Assembly: GCA_050259955.1 (NCBI GenBank)
Contig: JBLNBM010000003.1
Location: 83,935-147,934 of the forward strand
Direction: 5' to 3'
Source of the DNA: Bacteroidota bacterium
GTDB lineage: Bacteria; Pseudomonadota; Gammaproteobacteria; Burkholderiales; Rhodocyclaceae
DNA: 64,000 nucleotides
Numbering within the stretch: position 1 is the first letter of the stretch; every line of letters starts with the position of its first letter. This document shows, piece by piece, positions 47,185 through 58,262 of the stretch. Position numbers and translations under genes: made by a program. The notes below the pieces were generated by a model. It did not search any database and was not told the DNA's origin. It worked only from the letters and a program-made list of their open reading frames with translations.

Positions 47185-49739
47185 CCACGCCCCAAGGCAA
47201 GGCGCGCTGGTTTCTGCTCGGCATAGGCTTCGTTGTCCTGGTCGGCCTGCTCACCGGGCTGTTCATGCGCGCCGGTGAAGTTTCGCCCGATGGCCATCTG
47301 GCCTACACCCAGTCCTTGCGCCACGTCCAGCAGGCAGACCTCGAACTCGACGCGACGGTACTCGGCAGCTATGCCGACCTGATGCACAATTACGATCCGG
47401 TGGTCCGTTTGCTGCGCGAAATCGGCGACGAATCGGCACGCCTGCAGCATTTTCCCGGCTGGCTGGGCAGCGACAGCTTGCCCGGATTGAGCGCCAAGCT
47501 CGCTGAACTGCAGGCCGCCGAGGCGGAAAAGGCCGAGAAAGTCGATCTCTTCCAGCGTAACAATGCCGTGCTACGCAATTCGCTGCGCTATTTTCCGCTG
47601 GCCGTGGAAAGCTATTCGGCTCGTGCCGGCCGGGAACTGCCATCCGACTTCCATCATTTCGTCCGGGCCGTTCTCAGCTTCGGCCAGGGACCGGGGCGCG
47701 AGCAGGTCGACCAGATGAAGGCGGAGCTTGGCCGCGTGCAGGGCCGTAACTGGCCGACTTTCGGACCGCTGTCGCCGGAACAGCTCTTCGTCCATGCGCG
47801 GGTCATCATCGAAAAACGCCCCATCGTCGACCAGCTGGCCTTTGATGTCACCCATGCGCCGACAGCCCGGCTGCACGAGGAATTCACCCGCCTTTACGGC
47901 CAGGCCCATGAAGATTCGCTGCGGGTTGCCGGCTATTACCGCTGGCTGTTGTACGGCGTGTCCATACTGCTCGTGCTCTATGTCGTGTACGCGATGATCC
48001 GCATCGAGCGCGATCGCCGCCACTTGCGCCAGCGCTATGAAGCCCAGTTGCGGGCCGAGGACCAGTTGCGCCTTTATGCCCAGGTGTTTACCAGCGCCGC
48101 GGAAGGGATGGCGATCACCGATGCCGATTCGCGAATCCTGGCCGTCAATCCGGCCTTCTGCGCCATTACCGGCTACACCCTGGAAGAGGTGGTCGGCCTG
48201 ACGCCGGCCATCCTTCATTCGGGCCGGCAGAACCCGGAGTTTTACCGGCAGATGTGGAAGGAACTGCTCCGCCGGGGGCAGTGGCAGGGCGAAATCTGGA
48301 ATCGGCGGCGGGATGGCGGTCTCTATCCGGAATGGCTGTCGGTGGCCGCAGTCCGGGATTCGGCCGGCCTGACCAGAAATTACATCGGCATCTTCACCGA
48401 TATTTCCGAGCGCAAGGAAAGCGAGGCGCGAATCCAGCATCTGGCCCACCACGATGCGCTGACCGGCCTGCCCAACCGCGTGCTGCTCGAGGACCGCATT
48501 TCGCAGGCCATCGCGAAGTCGCGGCGCAGCGAAAAGCAGGCCGCCGTGCTTTTCATCGACCTCGATCGCTTCAAGAACATCAACGACACCCTGGGGCACG
48601 AGGTCGGCGATAACCTGTTGATCCAGGCCGCCCGGCGCGGCCTCGGCGTGCTGCGCGAGACAGATACCCTGTGCCGCCTGGGCGGTGACGAGTTCGTCGT
48701 CGTCCTGCCGGAAATCGACCAGTTGCAGTACGCCATGCATGTCACCCGCAAATTGCTGGCCGAACTCGGGCAGCCTTATCTGCTGGCCGGCCATGCACTG
48801 ACCGTCACCGCCAGCGCCGGCATCGCGCTCTGGCCGGATGACGGCCAGACGGTGTCGGAATTGCTGCGCAAGGCTGATGCCGCGATGTATCGCGCCAAGG
48901 ACGAGGGGCGCAACACCGCTCGTTTCTACTCGGCCGGCATCAACAGCACTTCGCTGGGCGAACTGCTCCTCGAGAACGACCTGCGCGGCGCCCTGGAACG
49001 CGGCGAAATAATGATGTATTACCAGCCCAAGGTCGATGCGGCTACTGGTCGGCTGATCGGTGCCGAAGCGCTGATGCGCTGGCAGAGCCGCGAGCATGGC
49101 CTGATTTCGCCGACCCGTTTCATTCCGCTTGCCGAGGAAAGTGGCCTGATCGCCGCGCTCGGCGCCTGGGCACTGGACGATGTCTGCCGCCAGCAGCGCG
49201 CCTGGCTGGATGCCGGCCTCAGCGCGCTGCCCGTCGCCGTCAATCTGTCGGCCCACCAGTTCGCTCAGCAGGACGTGCCGAAACTGGTCGCCGACCTGCT
49301 CGAACACTACCGCCTGCCGCCCGAGTTGCTCGCCCTCGAACTGACCGAGTCGCTGCTGATGCGCAATGCCGGCAGTGCCGCCAAGGTGCTGCATGCGCTG
49401 CGCCGGATGCGCATCGATGTCGCCATCGACGATTTCGGCACCGGCTATTCCTCGCTCAGCTATCTCAACCAGTTCCCGGTCCAGGCCTTGAAGATCGACC
49501 GTGCCTTCGTCTGCGAAATCAGCGAGCAAGGCGCCCCGGTCAAGCTCGTTCCGGCGATGATCGCCATGGCGCATGAACTCGATCTGGCGGTGATTGCCGA
49601 AGGCGTCGAGACCGAAGCGCAGCGTGCCTACCTGCTCAAGCACGGCTGCGACCAGTTCCAGGGTTTCCTGTTCGGCCGGCCGGAACCGGCCGCGACGATG
49701 GGCGCCTTGCTGGCCCGGATAGAAGAAACGGCGGAATAA
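47181..49739 (+). CDS. Membrane sensor: TM - DAHL-like periplasmic domain - TM - PAS - GGDEF - EAL
   Basis: Two TMs flank an all-helical domain with NYDP and NAVLRNSLRYFP motifs; PAS; RETDTLCRLGGDEF; GAEALMRW; [10 protein letters not shown]. Confidence 0.88.
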   Translation: MTTPQGKARWFLLGIGFVVLVGLLTGLFMRAGEVSPDGHLAYTQSLRHVQQADLELDATVLGSYADLMHNYDPVVRLLREIGDESARLQHFPGWLGSDSLPGLSAKLAELQAAEAEKAEKVDLFQRNNAVLRNSLRYFPLAVESYSARAGRELPSDFHHFVRAVLSFGQGPGREQVDQMKAELGRVQGRNWPTFGPLSPEQLFVHARVIIEKRPIVDQLAFDVTHAPTARLHEEFTRLYGQAHEDSLRVAGYYRWLLYGVSILLVLYVVYAMIRIERDRRHLRQRYEAQLRAEDQLRLYAQVFTSAAEGMAITDADSRILAVNPAFCAITGYTLEEVVGLTPAILHSGRQNPEFYRQMWKELLRRGQWQGEIWNRRRDGGLYPEWLSVAAVRDSAGLTRNYIGIFTDISERKESEARIQHLAHHDALTGLPNRVLLEDRISQAIAKSRRSEKQAAVLFIDLDRFKNINDTLGHEVGDNLLIQAARRGLGVLRETDTLCRLGGDEFVVVLPEIDQLQYAMHVTRKLLAELGQPYLLAGHALTVTASAGIALWPDDGQTVSELLRKADAAMYRAKDEGRNTARFYSAGINSTSLGELLLENDLRGALERGEIMMYYQPKVDAATGRLIGAEALMRWQSREHGLISPTRFIPLAEESGLIAALGAWALDDVCRQQRAWLDAGLSALPVAVNLSAHQFAQQDVPKLVADLLEHYRLPPELLALELTESLLMRNAGSAAKVLHALRRMRIDVAIDDFGTGYSSLSYLNQFPVQALKIDRAFVCEISEQGAPVKLVPAMIAMAHELDLAVIAEGVETEAQRAYLLKHGCDQFQGFLFGRPEPAATMGALLARIEETAE

Positions 49740-49779
49740 TCCGCCGTTTCGGTTACTTCCCTGCTGGGTTATTGCTTGC

Positions 49780-50469
49780 CTAGTGGCAGCCGGCGGCCGA
49801 AATCGGGGCCGGCGGCCGGCGCTGGGCGCGTTCGGCAGCCTTGGCTTCGTACCAGTTCTTGGCGGCCACCAGGCAGGCGAGCACGATGAAGGCGCCGGGC
49901 GGCAGGATGGAAATCAGGAAGCCCGGGTAGTCGGCGGGCAGGATTTCGATCTGATGCAGGCCCGGGATCACCGCGTCGATGCCGGAGAACAGGGTGCCGG
50001 CACCGATGAATTCACGGATGGCGCCGAGCAGCGACAGGGTCCACAGCATGCCGGTGCCCATGAAGGCGCCGTCGAACATCGACTGCAGGGCGCCGTTCTT
50101 GGCGGCGAAGGCTTCGATGCGGGCGAGCACGATGCAGTTGGTGATGATCAGCGGAATGAAGATGCCGAGGATGTTGTACATGTCGTGCATGTAGGCGTTC
50201 ATGCCGAGATCGACGACGGTCACCAGCGCGGCGGCGATCAGGATGAAGACCGGGATGCGGATTTCGTAGGGAATGAAGTTGCGCAGCAGGGCGACGACGA
50301 AGCCCGACGAGCCCATCACGATAATGGTCGCCAGAGACAGCATGGCGCCATTGACCAGGCTGGTCGTCATCGCCAGCAGGGGGCACATGCCGAGCATCTG
50401 GACCAGGCTGGAATTCTGCCGCCAGGTACCGTTGACAAAAATATCCTTGAACTCTGCCCAGGTAATCAT
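49780..50469 (-). CDS. rnfE: Rnf/Rsx complex subunit E
   Basis: LVQMLGMCPLLAMT...FIPLIITNCIVLARIE...PPGAFI. Confidence 0.93.
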   Translation of the reverse strand: MITWAEFKDIFVNGTWRQNSSLVQMLGMCPLLAMTTSLVNGAMLSLATIIVMGSSGFVVALLRNFIPYEIRIPVFILIAAALVTVVDLGMNAYMHDMYNILGIFIPLIITNCIVLARIEAFAAKNGALQSMFDGAFMGTGMLWTLSLLGAIREFIGAGTLFSGIDAVIPGLHQIEILPADYPGFLISILPPGAFIVLACLVAAKNWYEAKAAERAQRRPPAPISAAGCH

Positions 50470-50483
50470 CGCTAGTCCCGTTT

Positions 50484-51146
50484 CTACTTTGCTGCGTTGG
50501 CCGCGAACAGCCGGTCGCGGTTGTCGATGGCGAACTTGAGCGCCTTCCTGACCGCCTTGACGACGGCGCGCGGCGTCACGGTGGCGCCGGCGTTGGAATC
50601 GAAATGGCCGCCGTCCTTCTTCACCTTCCAGTCCTTCTCGGCCAGTTTGTCGAAGGACAGGGCGTCGAACTGGGTGATCCACGGGCGACTCTTGTTCTTG
50701 TCCTTCTTCGGATCGACATAGTCGCCCAGTCCCGGCGTTTCCTTGTGCTGGGTGATGCGCACGCCGGTCAGCTGGCCATTGGCCTGGACGGCAAGCAGCA
50801 TGCGGATCTTGCCGGCATAGCCATCGGGCGCCACGGCTTCGAGAACCAGGGCCGCCGGCTGGCCGCCGAGACGGGCGCGATAGACCTTGGAGACGTCATC
50901 CTGGCCGAGTTCGGGCGTCGTCGGCAATTCCAGCGTGTCCTGCAGCAGGTTGTTGTCGTACAGGGCGGCCGGCAGGACTTCCTGGATGGCGCGCATTTCT
51001 TCCTGGGCGGCCGATTCCTTGATCGTCGGCGCGGTCAGGGCATAGGCGGCGGCCAGGACGGCGGTGAAGACGATGACGAAAAAGAAGAGGATGACCGACG
51101 AGCGGGCGGCCATGCCGGGTGCGGTGGGTTCCGTGACGGTGGTCAT
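50484..51146 (-). CDS. rnfG: Rnf/Rsx complex subunit G
   Basis: DGYAGKI...HKETPGLGD...FDSNAGATVTPRAV (FMN-Thr motif). Confidence 0.93.
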   Translation of the reverse strand: MTTVTEPTAPGMAARSSVILFFFVIVFTAVLAAAYALTAPTIKESAAQEEMRAIQEVLPAALYDNNLLQDTLELPTTPELGQDDVSKVYRARLGGQPAALVLEAVAPDGYAGKIRMLLAVQANGQLTGVRITQHKETPGLGDYVDPKKDKNKSRPWITQFDALSFDKLAEKDWKVKKDGGHFDSNAGATVTPRAVVKAVRKALKFAIDNRDRLFAANAAK

Positions 51147-52162
51147 GCTTTGTTCTTCATGCCAAAGATGGGCGGCTGGGTGTACAGGTCGATCAGGGGA
51201 ACGCAGATGTTCATGAACAGGATGGCAAAGGCGACACCGTCGGGATAACCGCCGAAAACGCGGATCAGGTAGGTGAGCAGGCCGGCGCCGGCGCCGAAGA
51301 TCAGTTTGCCGCGCGGCGTGGTGGCGCCGCTCACCGGGTCGGTGGCGATGAAGAAGGCGCCGAGCATGGCGCCGCCGGAAAAGAGGTGGAACAGCGGGTT
51401 GGCGAACTGGGCCGGGCTGTACAGCCAGAGCCCGCCGGAGATCAGCAGCAGGGCGCCGATGAAGCCGGTCGGGGCCTGCCAGGTAATGATCTTGCGCTCG
51501 AAGAGCCACAGGCCGCCGAGCAGGTAGGCCAGGCTGATCCACTCCCAGCCGCGACCGGCGAACTGGCCGTAGATGTCCTGGTTGCCGAGCAGGGCGCTGA
51601 CGCTGACTTCGCCCTCGCCAAGTTTGAGGGCGGTCTTCAGCGCGTCGAGCGGGGTGGCGGCCGACATCGCATCGATCCGCGGCAGCAGGCCGAAAATGAC
51701 CTGGAACTGATCGGCCAGGCCGAGGTGCAGCGCCTGGTTCGGCCACTGCGACATCAGGGCCGGAAAGGAGACGATGCAGACGGCGAAGGCGATCATCGCC
51801 GGATTGAACGGATTCTGGCCGAGGCCGCCGTAGAGATGCTTGGCGACGACGATGGCGAACAGCGTGCCGACCACCACCAGCCACCAGGGCGCCAGCGGCG
51901 GGAAAACGAGGGCGATCAGCCAGCCGGTGACGACGGCCGAGCCGTCGGTCAGGAAGAGGTCGAGCGGCCGGCGGCGCACCTTGAGCATGACCGCTTCGGC
52001 GAGCAGGGCGGCGAGCGTAGCGATGCCGATCTGGATCAGGATGGCCGGTCCGAGCAGCCAGGTGTAGACCGCGATCGCCGGCAGCAGGGCGACCAGGACC
52101 AGGACCATGACGCGCGTGACGCTGGCGTTTTTCAGGAGATAGGGAGGAGTCGAAAAGTCCAT
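51143..52162 (-). CDS. rnfD: Rnf/Rsx complex subunit D
   Basis: AKHLYGGLGQNPFNPAM, DAMSAATPL, FFIATDPVS. Confidence 0.93.
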   Translation of the reverse strand: MDFSTPPYLLKNASVTRVMVLVLVALLPAIAVYTWLLGPAILIQIGIATLAALLAEAVMLKVRRRPLDLFLTDGSAVVTGWLIALVFPPLAPWWLVVVGTLFAIVVAKHLYGGLGQNPFNPAMIAFAVCIVSFPALMSQWPNQALHLGLADQFQVIFGLLPRIDAMSAATPLDALKTALKLGEGEVSVSALLGNQDIYGQFAGRGWEWISLAYLLGGLWLFERKIITWQAPTGFIGALLLISGGLWLYSPAQFANPLFHLFSGGAMLGAFFIATDPVSGATTPRGKLIFGAGAGLLTYLIRVFGGYPDGVAFAILFMNICVPLIDLYTQPPIFGMKNKA

Positions 52163-52173
52163 GCGGAGCCTGC

Positions 52174-53844
52174 TTATTCTTCGGCTGGCGTATCGATGCC
52201 GGCCGAACTGCGCCGCGCCTCGATGGCCTGGATATCCTGCTGCTGATCGGCGGACAGGTGTTCGGTATTGCGACTGGCGGCGCTTTCGCGCTGCGCCCTG
52301 GCCCGTTCCATGGCGGCCTGGATGGCGGCCTTCTTGGCGGCGTCGGCGTCATTGCCGGCCGGTTGTTCCGCAGGCAGGGCACCCTCGGCGGCTGCTTCCG
52401 CCGCCTTCTTGGCTGCTTGCGCCGCGGCCGCCTTGGCCAGCTTCTCGGCCTTTTCCTGTTTCTCGCGCTCGTCGCGGAACTGCTTGAACTCGAAGCGCGA
52501 CTTGGCGGTTTCGGCGGCCTTCTTTTCCTTTTCCCGCGCCCAGATTTCGCTCTTCGCGAAGCGGAAATACTGGACCAGCGGAATCCGGCTTGGGCAGACG
52601 AAGGAGCAGCAGCCGCATTCGATGCAGTCGAAGATGTTGTATTCCTGCGTCTTGCCGAAATTCTTGGCGCGCGAGAACCAGTACATCTCGAAAGGCTGCA
52701 ATTCGTGCGGGCAGGCGCGGGCGCATTCGCCGCAGCGGATGCAGGGCATTTCCGGCGGCTTCGGCGGGAACAGCGTATCCGAGTGGGCGATCAGGCAGTT
52801 GGTCGCCTTGACCACTGGCACCTTGGCATCCGGTACCAGGAAGCCCATCATCGGGCCGCCCATGATGATGCCGTTGGTGTCGGCCTTGGGTTCGCCCAAA
52901 GCGAGCAGTTCGTCGAAAGGCGTGCCGATCAGCACTTCGTAGTTGCGCGGCTTGCCGACGTTGCCGGTCACCGTGACCAGCCGGGAGATCACCGGCTCGC
53001 CGTGGGCGAGGGCGCGCCAGGCGGAGTAGGCGGTGGCGACGTTGAAGCACTGCACGCCGAGGTCGGTGGAGCGCTTGCCGTTCGGCACTTCCTTGCCGGT
53101 CAGGACGCGGATCAGTTGCTTGGCGCCGCCGGCCGGGTAGCGGGTCGGTACGGCGATTACTTCGAAGTTCTCGCCGACGGCCTTGACCGCGGCCGTCATC
53201 GCGGCGACGGCTTCGGGCTTGTTGTCCTCGATGCCGATCAGCACCTTCTTGGGCTGCAGCAGGTCGCGGAAGATGCCGGCACCACGCACCACTTCCTCGG
53301 CGCGTTCGCGCATCAGGAGGTCGTCGCAGGTGATGAAGGGCTCGCATTCGGCGCCGTTGATGACCATTTCTTCCATCGGCACGGTCTTGGCGGGCGTCAG
53401 CTTGCCGTGGGTCGGGAAAACGGCGCCGCCGAGGCCGACGACACCGGCTTCGCGGAGCAGCTCGCGCACGGTTTCCGGGGGCAACGCCTTGTAATCGACC
53501 GGGGTGCGGGCGATCCACTCATCCTTGCCGTCCGGCTCGATGACCACGCAGTCGGCGGCCAGGCCCGAAGGATGCGGCACGACCTGCGGCCCGACATGGA
53601 CGACGGTGCCGGAGGTCGAGGCATGCACGGCGGCGGAAATCCAGCCGTCCGCTTCGCCGATCTTCTGGCCCTTGAGAACGTGGTCGCCCACCGCGACGAT
53701 CGGCCGCGGCGTGCCGCCGATGCTCTGGTGCAGCGGTACGGCGACATGGCTCGGCAGCGGGGCGATGGCAATCGGCAGGGTGACCGACTGCGTCTTGTTG
53801 GTGGCCGGCTTGACGCCGCCCTTGAATTTGAACAGTTGCAGCAT
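52174..53844 (-). CDS. rnfC: Rnf/Rsx complex subunit C
   Basis: GLGGAVFPT, INGAECEPFITCDD, CIRCGECARACP, CIECGCCSFVCP, and an Ala/Lys-rich tail. Confidence 0.95.
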   Translation of the reverse strand: MLQLFKFKGGVKPATNKTQSVTLPIAIAPLPSHVAVPLHQSIGGTPRPIVAVGDHVLKGQKIGEADGWISAAVHASTSGTVVHVGPQVVPHPSGLAADCVVIEPDGKDEWIARTPVDYKALPPETVRELLREAGVVGLGGAVFPTHGKLTPAKTVPMEEMVINGAECEPFITCDDLLMRERAEEVVRGAGIFRDLLQPKKVLIGIEDNKPEAVAAMTAAVKAVGENFEVIAVPTRYPAGGAKQLIRVLTGKEVPNGKRSTDLGVQCFNVATAYSAWRALAHGEPVISRLVTVTGNVGKPRNYEVLIGTPFDELLALGEPKADTNGIIMGGPMMGFLVPDAKVPVVKATNCLIAHSDTLFPPKPPEMPCIRCGECARACPHELQPFEMYWFSRAKNFGKTQEYNIFDCIECGCCSFVCPSRIPLVQYFRFAKSEIWAREKEKKAAETAKSRFEFKQFRDEREKQEKAEKLAKAAAAQAAKKAAEAAAEGALPAEQPAGNDADAAKKAAIQAAMERARAQRESAASRNTEHLSADQQQDIQAIEARRSSAGIDTPAEE

Positions 53845-54398
53845 CAGGCAGCCTTTGGCATGCCGGCAGTCTTGATCTCGACCACCGGGTATTTCCATTT
53901 CCAGCTATCGACCGTCTCGGTGATCGTTTCCATGCTGATGCACTCGACCGGGCAGGGCGGCAGGCACAGTTCGCAGCCGGTGCACAGCCCGGCGACGATG
54001 GTGTGCATCTGCTTGGCAGCCCCGACGATGGCATCCACCGGGCAAGCCTGGATGCACAGGGTGCAGCCGATGCAGGTGTTTTCATCGATGAAGGCAACGG
54101 CCTTCGGCTTTTCCTCGGCGTCGAGCGCCTTGACTTCGCGGCCGAGCAGGTCGGCCAGGCGCTGCACGCCTTCGGCGCCGCCCGGCGGGCAGAGGTTGAT
54201 TTCGGCGCCCTTGGCGATCGCCTCGGCATAGGGCCGGCAACCGGGAAAGCCGCACTGGCCGCACTGGGTCTGCGGCAGGATGCCTTCGATCTTTTCGACC
54301 AGAGGGTCGCCCTCGACCTTGAACTTGATCGAGGCGTAGCCGAGCGCGGCGCCCAGGATGATGGCGCCGAGCGCCATGACTGCGATAGCGGAAATCAT
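53844..54398 (-). CDS. rnfB: Rnf/Rsx complex subunit B
   Basis: [49 protein letters not shown]. Confidence 0.95.
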   Translation of the reverse strand: MISAIAVMALGAIILGAALGYASIKFKVEGDPLVEKIEGILPQTQCGQCGFPGCRPYAEAIAKGAEINLCPPGGAEGVQRLADLLGREVKALDAEEKPKAVAFIDENTCIGCTLCIQACPVDAIVGAAKQMHTIVAGLCTGCELCLPPCPVECISMETITETVDSWKWKYPVVEIKTAGMPKAA

Positions 54399-54979
54399 TG
54401 GTACTTGTCGAGGCCGGCGAAGCCCATGAAGGCGAGACTCATCAGACCGCCGGTCACCAGGGCGATGGCGGTTCCCTTGAAGTAATGCGGCACGTCGGCG
54501 CCTTCGATCCGTTCGCGAATGCCGGCGAAGAGGATCAGCGCCAGCGAGAAGCCGACCGAACTGCCGGCCCCGAAGAGCAGGGACTCGACAAAATTGTACT
54601 TGGCGCCCAGGGCGAGCAGCGGCACACCGAGCACGGCGCAGTTGGTGGTGATCAGCGGCAGGTAGATCCCCAGCGTCTGGTGCATCGACGGGCTGGTCTT
54701 CTGCACCACCATCTCGGTCAACTGCACGAAGGCGGCGATGGTGACGATGAAGGCGATGGTGCGCAGGTAGGTCAGGCCGAAGGGAACCAGCAGGTAGGTG
54801 TCGATGATCCAGCTGGCGCCGGTGCCCAGGGTCAGCACGAAGGTGGTGGCGGCGCCCATGCCGTAGGCGGTTTCCAGCTTCTTGGAAACGCCCATGAACG
54901 GGCACAGACCGAGAATTCTGACCAGGACGACGTTGTTGACGAGAATGGCGCCGACAAGGATGAAAAGATAGTGGGTCAT
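54395..54979 (-). CDS. rnfA: Rnf/Rsx complex subunit A
   Basis: [20 protein letters not shown]...[13 protein letters not shown]. Confidence 0.95.
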   Translation of the reverse strand: MTHYLFILVGAILVNNVVLVRILGLCPFMGVSKKLETAYGMGAATTFVLTLGTGASWIIDTYLLVPFGLTYLRTIAFIVTIAAFVQLTEMVVQKTSPSMHQTLGIYLPLITTNCAVLGVPLLALGAKYNFVESLLFGAGSSVGFSLALILFAGIRERIEGADVPHYFKGTAIALVTGGLMSLAFMGFAGLDKYQ

Positions 54980-55053
54980 GGGCTGGAAATTGAGGTTAGC
55001 TCGGCATTATCCGTTTTTGCGATGGATCCAACAACCGCGCAGCTGACATGGGT

Positions 55054-56097
55054 TTATCGGGCCCGCTTCAGTTCGTTGGCCAGCGCTGCGGCGACTTCGC
55101 CGACCAGTTCCGGGCCGCGGTAGATGAAGGCGCTGTAGAACTGCACCAGGCTCGCCCCGGCCTGAATCTTGGCGACCGCGTCGGCTCCCTTCGAAATGCC
55201 GCCGACGCCGATGATCGGCACTTCGCCGGCGAGCGCCGTGGATAGTTTCTGCAGCACGTCGGTGGACTTGCGGAACACCGGGGCGCCGGACAGGCCGCCC
55301 GTTTCATTGCCGTGCGGCAGGTGCTCGACGCCTTCGCGCGACAGCGTCGTGTTGGTGGCGATCACCCCGTCCATCCGGTGACGGCGCAGCGCGTCGGCAA
55401 TCGCGGTGATCTGGCTGTCGTCGAGGTCAGGAGCGATCTTCAGCGCCAGCGGCACGTATTTGCCGTGCTGCTGCGCCAGGCCTTCCTGGCGGGATTTCAA
55501 TTGCGCCAGCAGGTCGTCCAGCGCCTCGTCCTTCTGCAGTTCGCGCAGGTTCTTGGTGTTCGGCGAGGAAATATTGACGGTGACGTAGCTGGCGTCGTTA
55601 TAGACTTTTTCCAGGCAGATCAGGTAGTCGTCGGCCGCCTTGTCGATCGGCGTCGTCGCGTTCTTGCCGATGTTGATGCCGAGGATGCCGCCCCGCTTCG
55701 GGAACTCGGCCATCCGCACGTTGTGCAGCAGGCGGTCGACGCCGGCGTTGTTGAAACCCATCCGGTTGATGATGCCCTGCGCTTCCGGCAGGCGGAAAAG
55801 ACGCGGTTTCGGGTTGCCATCCTGCGGGCGGGGCGTGATGGTGCCGATTTCGATGAAGCCGAAACCGAGACCGGCCAGGCCGTCGATGTAATCGCCGTTC
55901 TTGTCCAGCCCGGCGGCGAGGCCGACCGGATTGGGGAATTTGAGACCCATCACCTCGACCGGGCAGGGCGTCACCGGCTTGGTCAGCAGTCCGGAAAAAC
56001 CGGCTGCATTAAGGAAGGAGATACCGGCCATGCCGACGCCGTGGGCGGTTTCGGCATCGAGGGCGAAGAAGAATTTGCGGATCAGTGGATAGAGCAT
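55054..56097 (-). CDS. pyrD: Quinone-dependent dihydroorotate dehydrogenase
   Basis: [34 protein letters not shown]. Confidence 0.96.
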   Translation of the reverse strand: MLYPLIRKFFFALDAETAHGVGMAGISFLNAAGFSGLLTKPVTPCPVEVMGLKFPNPVGLAAGLDKNGDYIDGLAGLGFGFIEIGTITPRPQDGNPKPRLFRLPEAQGIINRMGFNNAGVDRLLHNVRMAEFPKRGGILGINIGKNATTPIDKAADDYLICLEKVYNDASYVTVNISSPNTKNLRELQKDEALDDLLAQLKSRQEGLAQQHGKYVPLALKIAPDLDDSQITAIADALRRHRMDGVIATNTTLSREGVEHLPHGNETGGLSGAPVFRKSTDVLQKLSTALAGEVPIIGVGGISKGADAVAKIQAGASLVQFYSAFIYRGPELVGEVAAALANELKRAR

Positions 56098-56158
56098 AAC
56101 TCGCGATTTTACCGCATTGTGGCGCTATTCTGGCAGCCGGCGCAGCAATGAGCAGCGT

Positions 56159-58018
56159 TCAGATGACCAGCTGGGTGCCCAGTTCGACGACGCGGTTGGT
56201 GGGAATCCCGAAGAAATCGCTGGCGCTGGTCGCATTTTTCGACATCACCGCGAACAGGCGGGCGCGCAGCGGCGTGAAGCGCCGCGCCATGGACGGCACG
56301 ATGGTTTCGCGCGACAGGTAGAAGGTGGTTTCCATCAGGTCGAAACGCTCGCCGAAATGCTTGCACTGCTCCAGGATGCCCGGCACATCCGGGCTTTCCA
56401 TGAAGCCGTAGCGGACGATCAGGCGCTTGAAGCCCTTCTTCAGGTTGTGCAGGTAGATGCGGTCGAGGTCATTGACGTAGGGTGTGTCGGTGGTCTGGAT
56501 GGTGAGCAGCACGATGCGCTCGTGGAGTACTTGGTTGTGCTTGAGGTTGTGCAGCAGCGCGGCCGGCACGCCTTCCTTGGAACTGGTCAGGAAGACGGCG
56601 GTACCCTCGATGCGATGGATGTCGTTGATCGAGGCCAGGAAGGCGTCCATCGGGATGCTTTGCTTGGTCATTTCGTCGGAAACCAGGCGGCGGCCGCGGC
56701 GCCAGGTGGTGAGCACGCTGAAGGAAATGATCCCCATGGCGATCGGAAACCAGCCGCCTTCGGGAATCTTGATGGCGTTGGCGGCGAAGAAGGCGAGGTC
56801 GACAGCGAGCATCAGGCCGGCGACGATGCCGATCACGATGCGGTTCCAGCGCCACATCAAGAGCATCACGAAGGCGATCAGCACGGTGTCGATCAGCATC
56901 GTGCCGGTCACCGCGATGCCGTAGGCGGCCGCCAGGTTGGATGAGTTCTTGAAACCGATGACCAGCGCGACAACGGCCAGGTAGAGCGTCCAGTTGGTGA
57001 AGGGGACGTAGATCTGGCCTTCTTCCATGCCGGAGGTATGGACGATCTGCATGCGCGGCAGCAGGCCCATCTGCACCGACTGACGGGCCACCGAAAAGGC
57101 GCCGGAGATCACCGCCTGCGAAGCGATCACCGTCGCTACCGTGGCCAGCCCGACCATCGGCACCAGCGCCCAGTCCGGTGCCAGGTGAAAGAAGGGGCTT
57201 TGGATCGCCGCCGGGTCGGCAAGGAGCAGCGCACCCTGGCCGAAATAATTGAGGACCAGGGCCGGCATCACGAAGCAGAACCAGGCCAGACGGATCGGGA
57301 AACGGCCGAAATGCCCCATGTCGGTATACAGCGCTTCGCCGCCGGTCACCGCCAGCACCACCGAACCCAGCGCCATGAAGGCGAGGGCGGGATGGGTGAC
57401 GATGAAGTTGCCGGCGTAGGAAGGGTAAAGCGCCGCGAGGACGGCCGGGTTGTCGATGATTTCAAGCAGGCCGAGGAGGCCGAGAATGGCGAACCAGATG
57501 ACCATCACCGGGCCGAAAAAGAGGCCGACGGTGCCGGTGCCGCGCTTCTGGATGGCGAAGAGGCAAGTCAGGATGAGCAGGGTCAGCGGGATGACGTAAG
57601 GCGTCAGCGTCGGCGTGATGATCTCGACGCCCTCGACGGCGGAGAGCACCGAAATGGCCGGCGTGATCATGCTGTCGCCATAGAATAGTGCCGCCGCGAA
57701 AATGCCGAGCAGGGTGATGACCCAGGTCAGGCGCGGATTCCTGGCGCGCTCGGTGACTAGCGCCAGCAAGGCCAGCGAGCCGCCTTCGCCGCGATTGTCG
57801 GCGCGCATGATGATGGCGACGTACTTGGTCGAGACCAGCGCCATGATCGACCAGAAAACCATGGACAGGATGCCGAGGATGTTTTCGGGAGTGACCGGGA
57901 TGGGGTGGTGGCCATTGAAGATTTCCTTCAGGGCATAGAGCGGACTGGTCCCGATGTCACCAAAAACCACCCCGATGGCGGCGACGGTGAGCGTCGGCAA
58001 AGCTTGCCGTGAATGCAT
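56159..58018 (-). CDS. kup: Kup potassium transporter (second paralog)
   Basis: [55 protein letters not shown]. Confidence 0.95.
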   Translation of the reverse strand: MHSRQALPTLTVAAIGVVFGDIGTSPLYALKEIFNGHHPIPVTPENILGILSMVFWSIMALVSTKYVAIIMRADNRGEGGSLALLALVTERARNPRLTWVITLLGIFAAALFYGDSMITPAISVLSAVEGVEIITPTLTPYVIPLTLLILTCLFAIQKRGTGTVGLFFGPVMVIWFAILGLLGLLEIIDNPAVLAALYPSYAGNFIVTHPALAFMALGSVVLAVTGGEALYTDMGHFGRFPIRLAWFCFVMPALVLNYFGQGALLLADPAAIQSPFFHLAPDWALVPMVGLATVATVIASQAVISGAFSVARQSVQMGLLPRMQIVHTSGMEEGQIYVPFTNWTLYLAVVALVIGFKNSSNLAAAYGIAVTGTMLIDTVLIAFVMLLMWRWNRIVIGIVAGLMLAVDLAFFAANAIKIPEGGWFPIAMGIISFSVLTTWRRGRRLVSDEMTKQSIPMDAFLASINDIHRIEGTAVFLTSSKEGVPAALLHNLKHNQVLHERIVLLTIQTTDTPYVNDLDRIYLHNLKKGFKRLIVRYGFMESPDVPGILEQCKHFGERFDLMETTFYLSRETIVPSMARRFTPLRARLFAVMSKNATSASDFFGIPTNRVVELGTQLVI

Positions 58019-58262
58019 GATTTCCCCTGCAGCGCCAGCGGCGCCAAGCGTTTTGATCCCGGCGGCATGGCACCCGAACCCCCGTTCGATGGGTGCAGCC
58101 GTGAATCCGCGAATCTAGCATTTTGGCGGGACGATGGAAACGAAACCCGGTGTCCGGGAAGTTGTTCCAGGCACTGTTGTTGCGGTGCAACCACGGTTCC
58201 TCTGGTCCGCCGCAAAGTAGGGGCGGCGGCCGCAGCGCCGCTGGCGCCAGCCGGCCCGCCGT

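Noticed and set aside
58019-58262. c-di-AMP (ydaO) riboswitch upstream of the second kup
   Set aside because: No recognisable consensus, and this riboswitch class is not typical of betaproteobacteria.
57928-58262. Long C-terminal extension of the CapA protein
   Set aside because: Arg/Pro-rich, overlaps kup, and is better explained by a frameshift.
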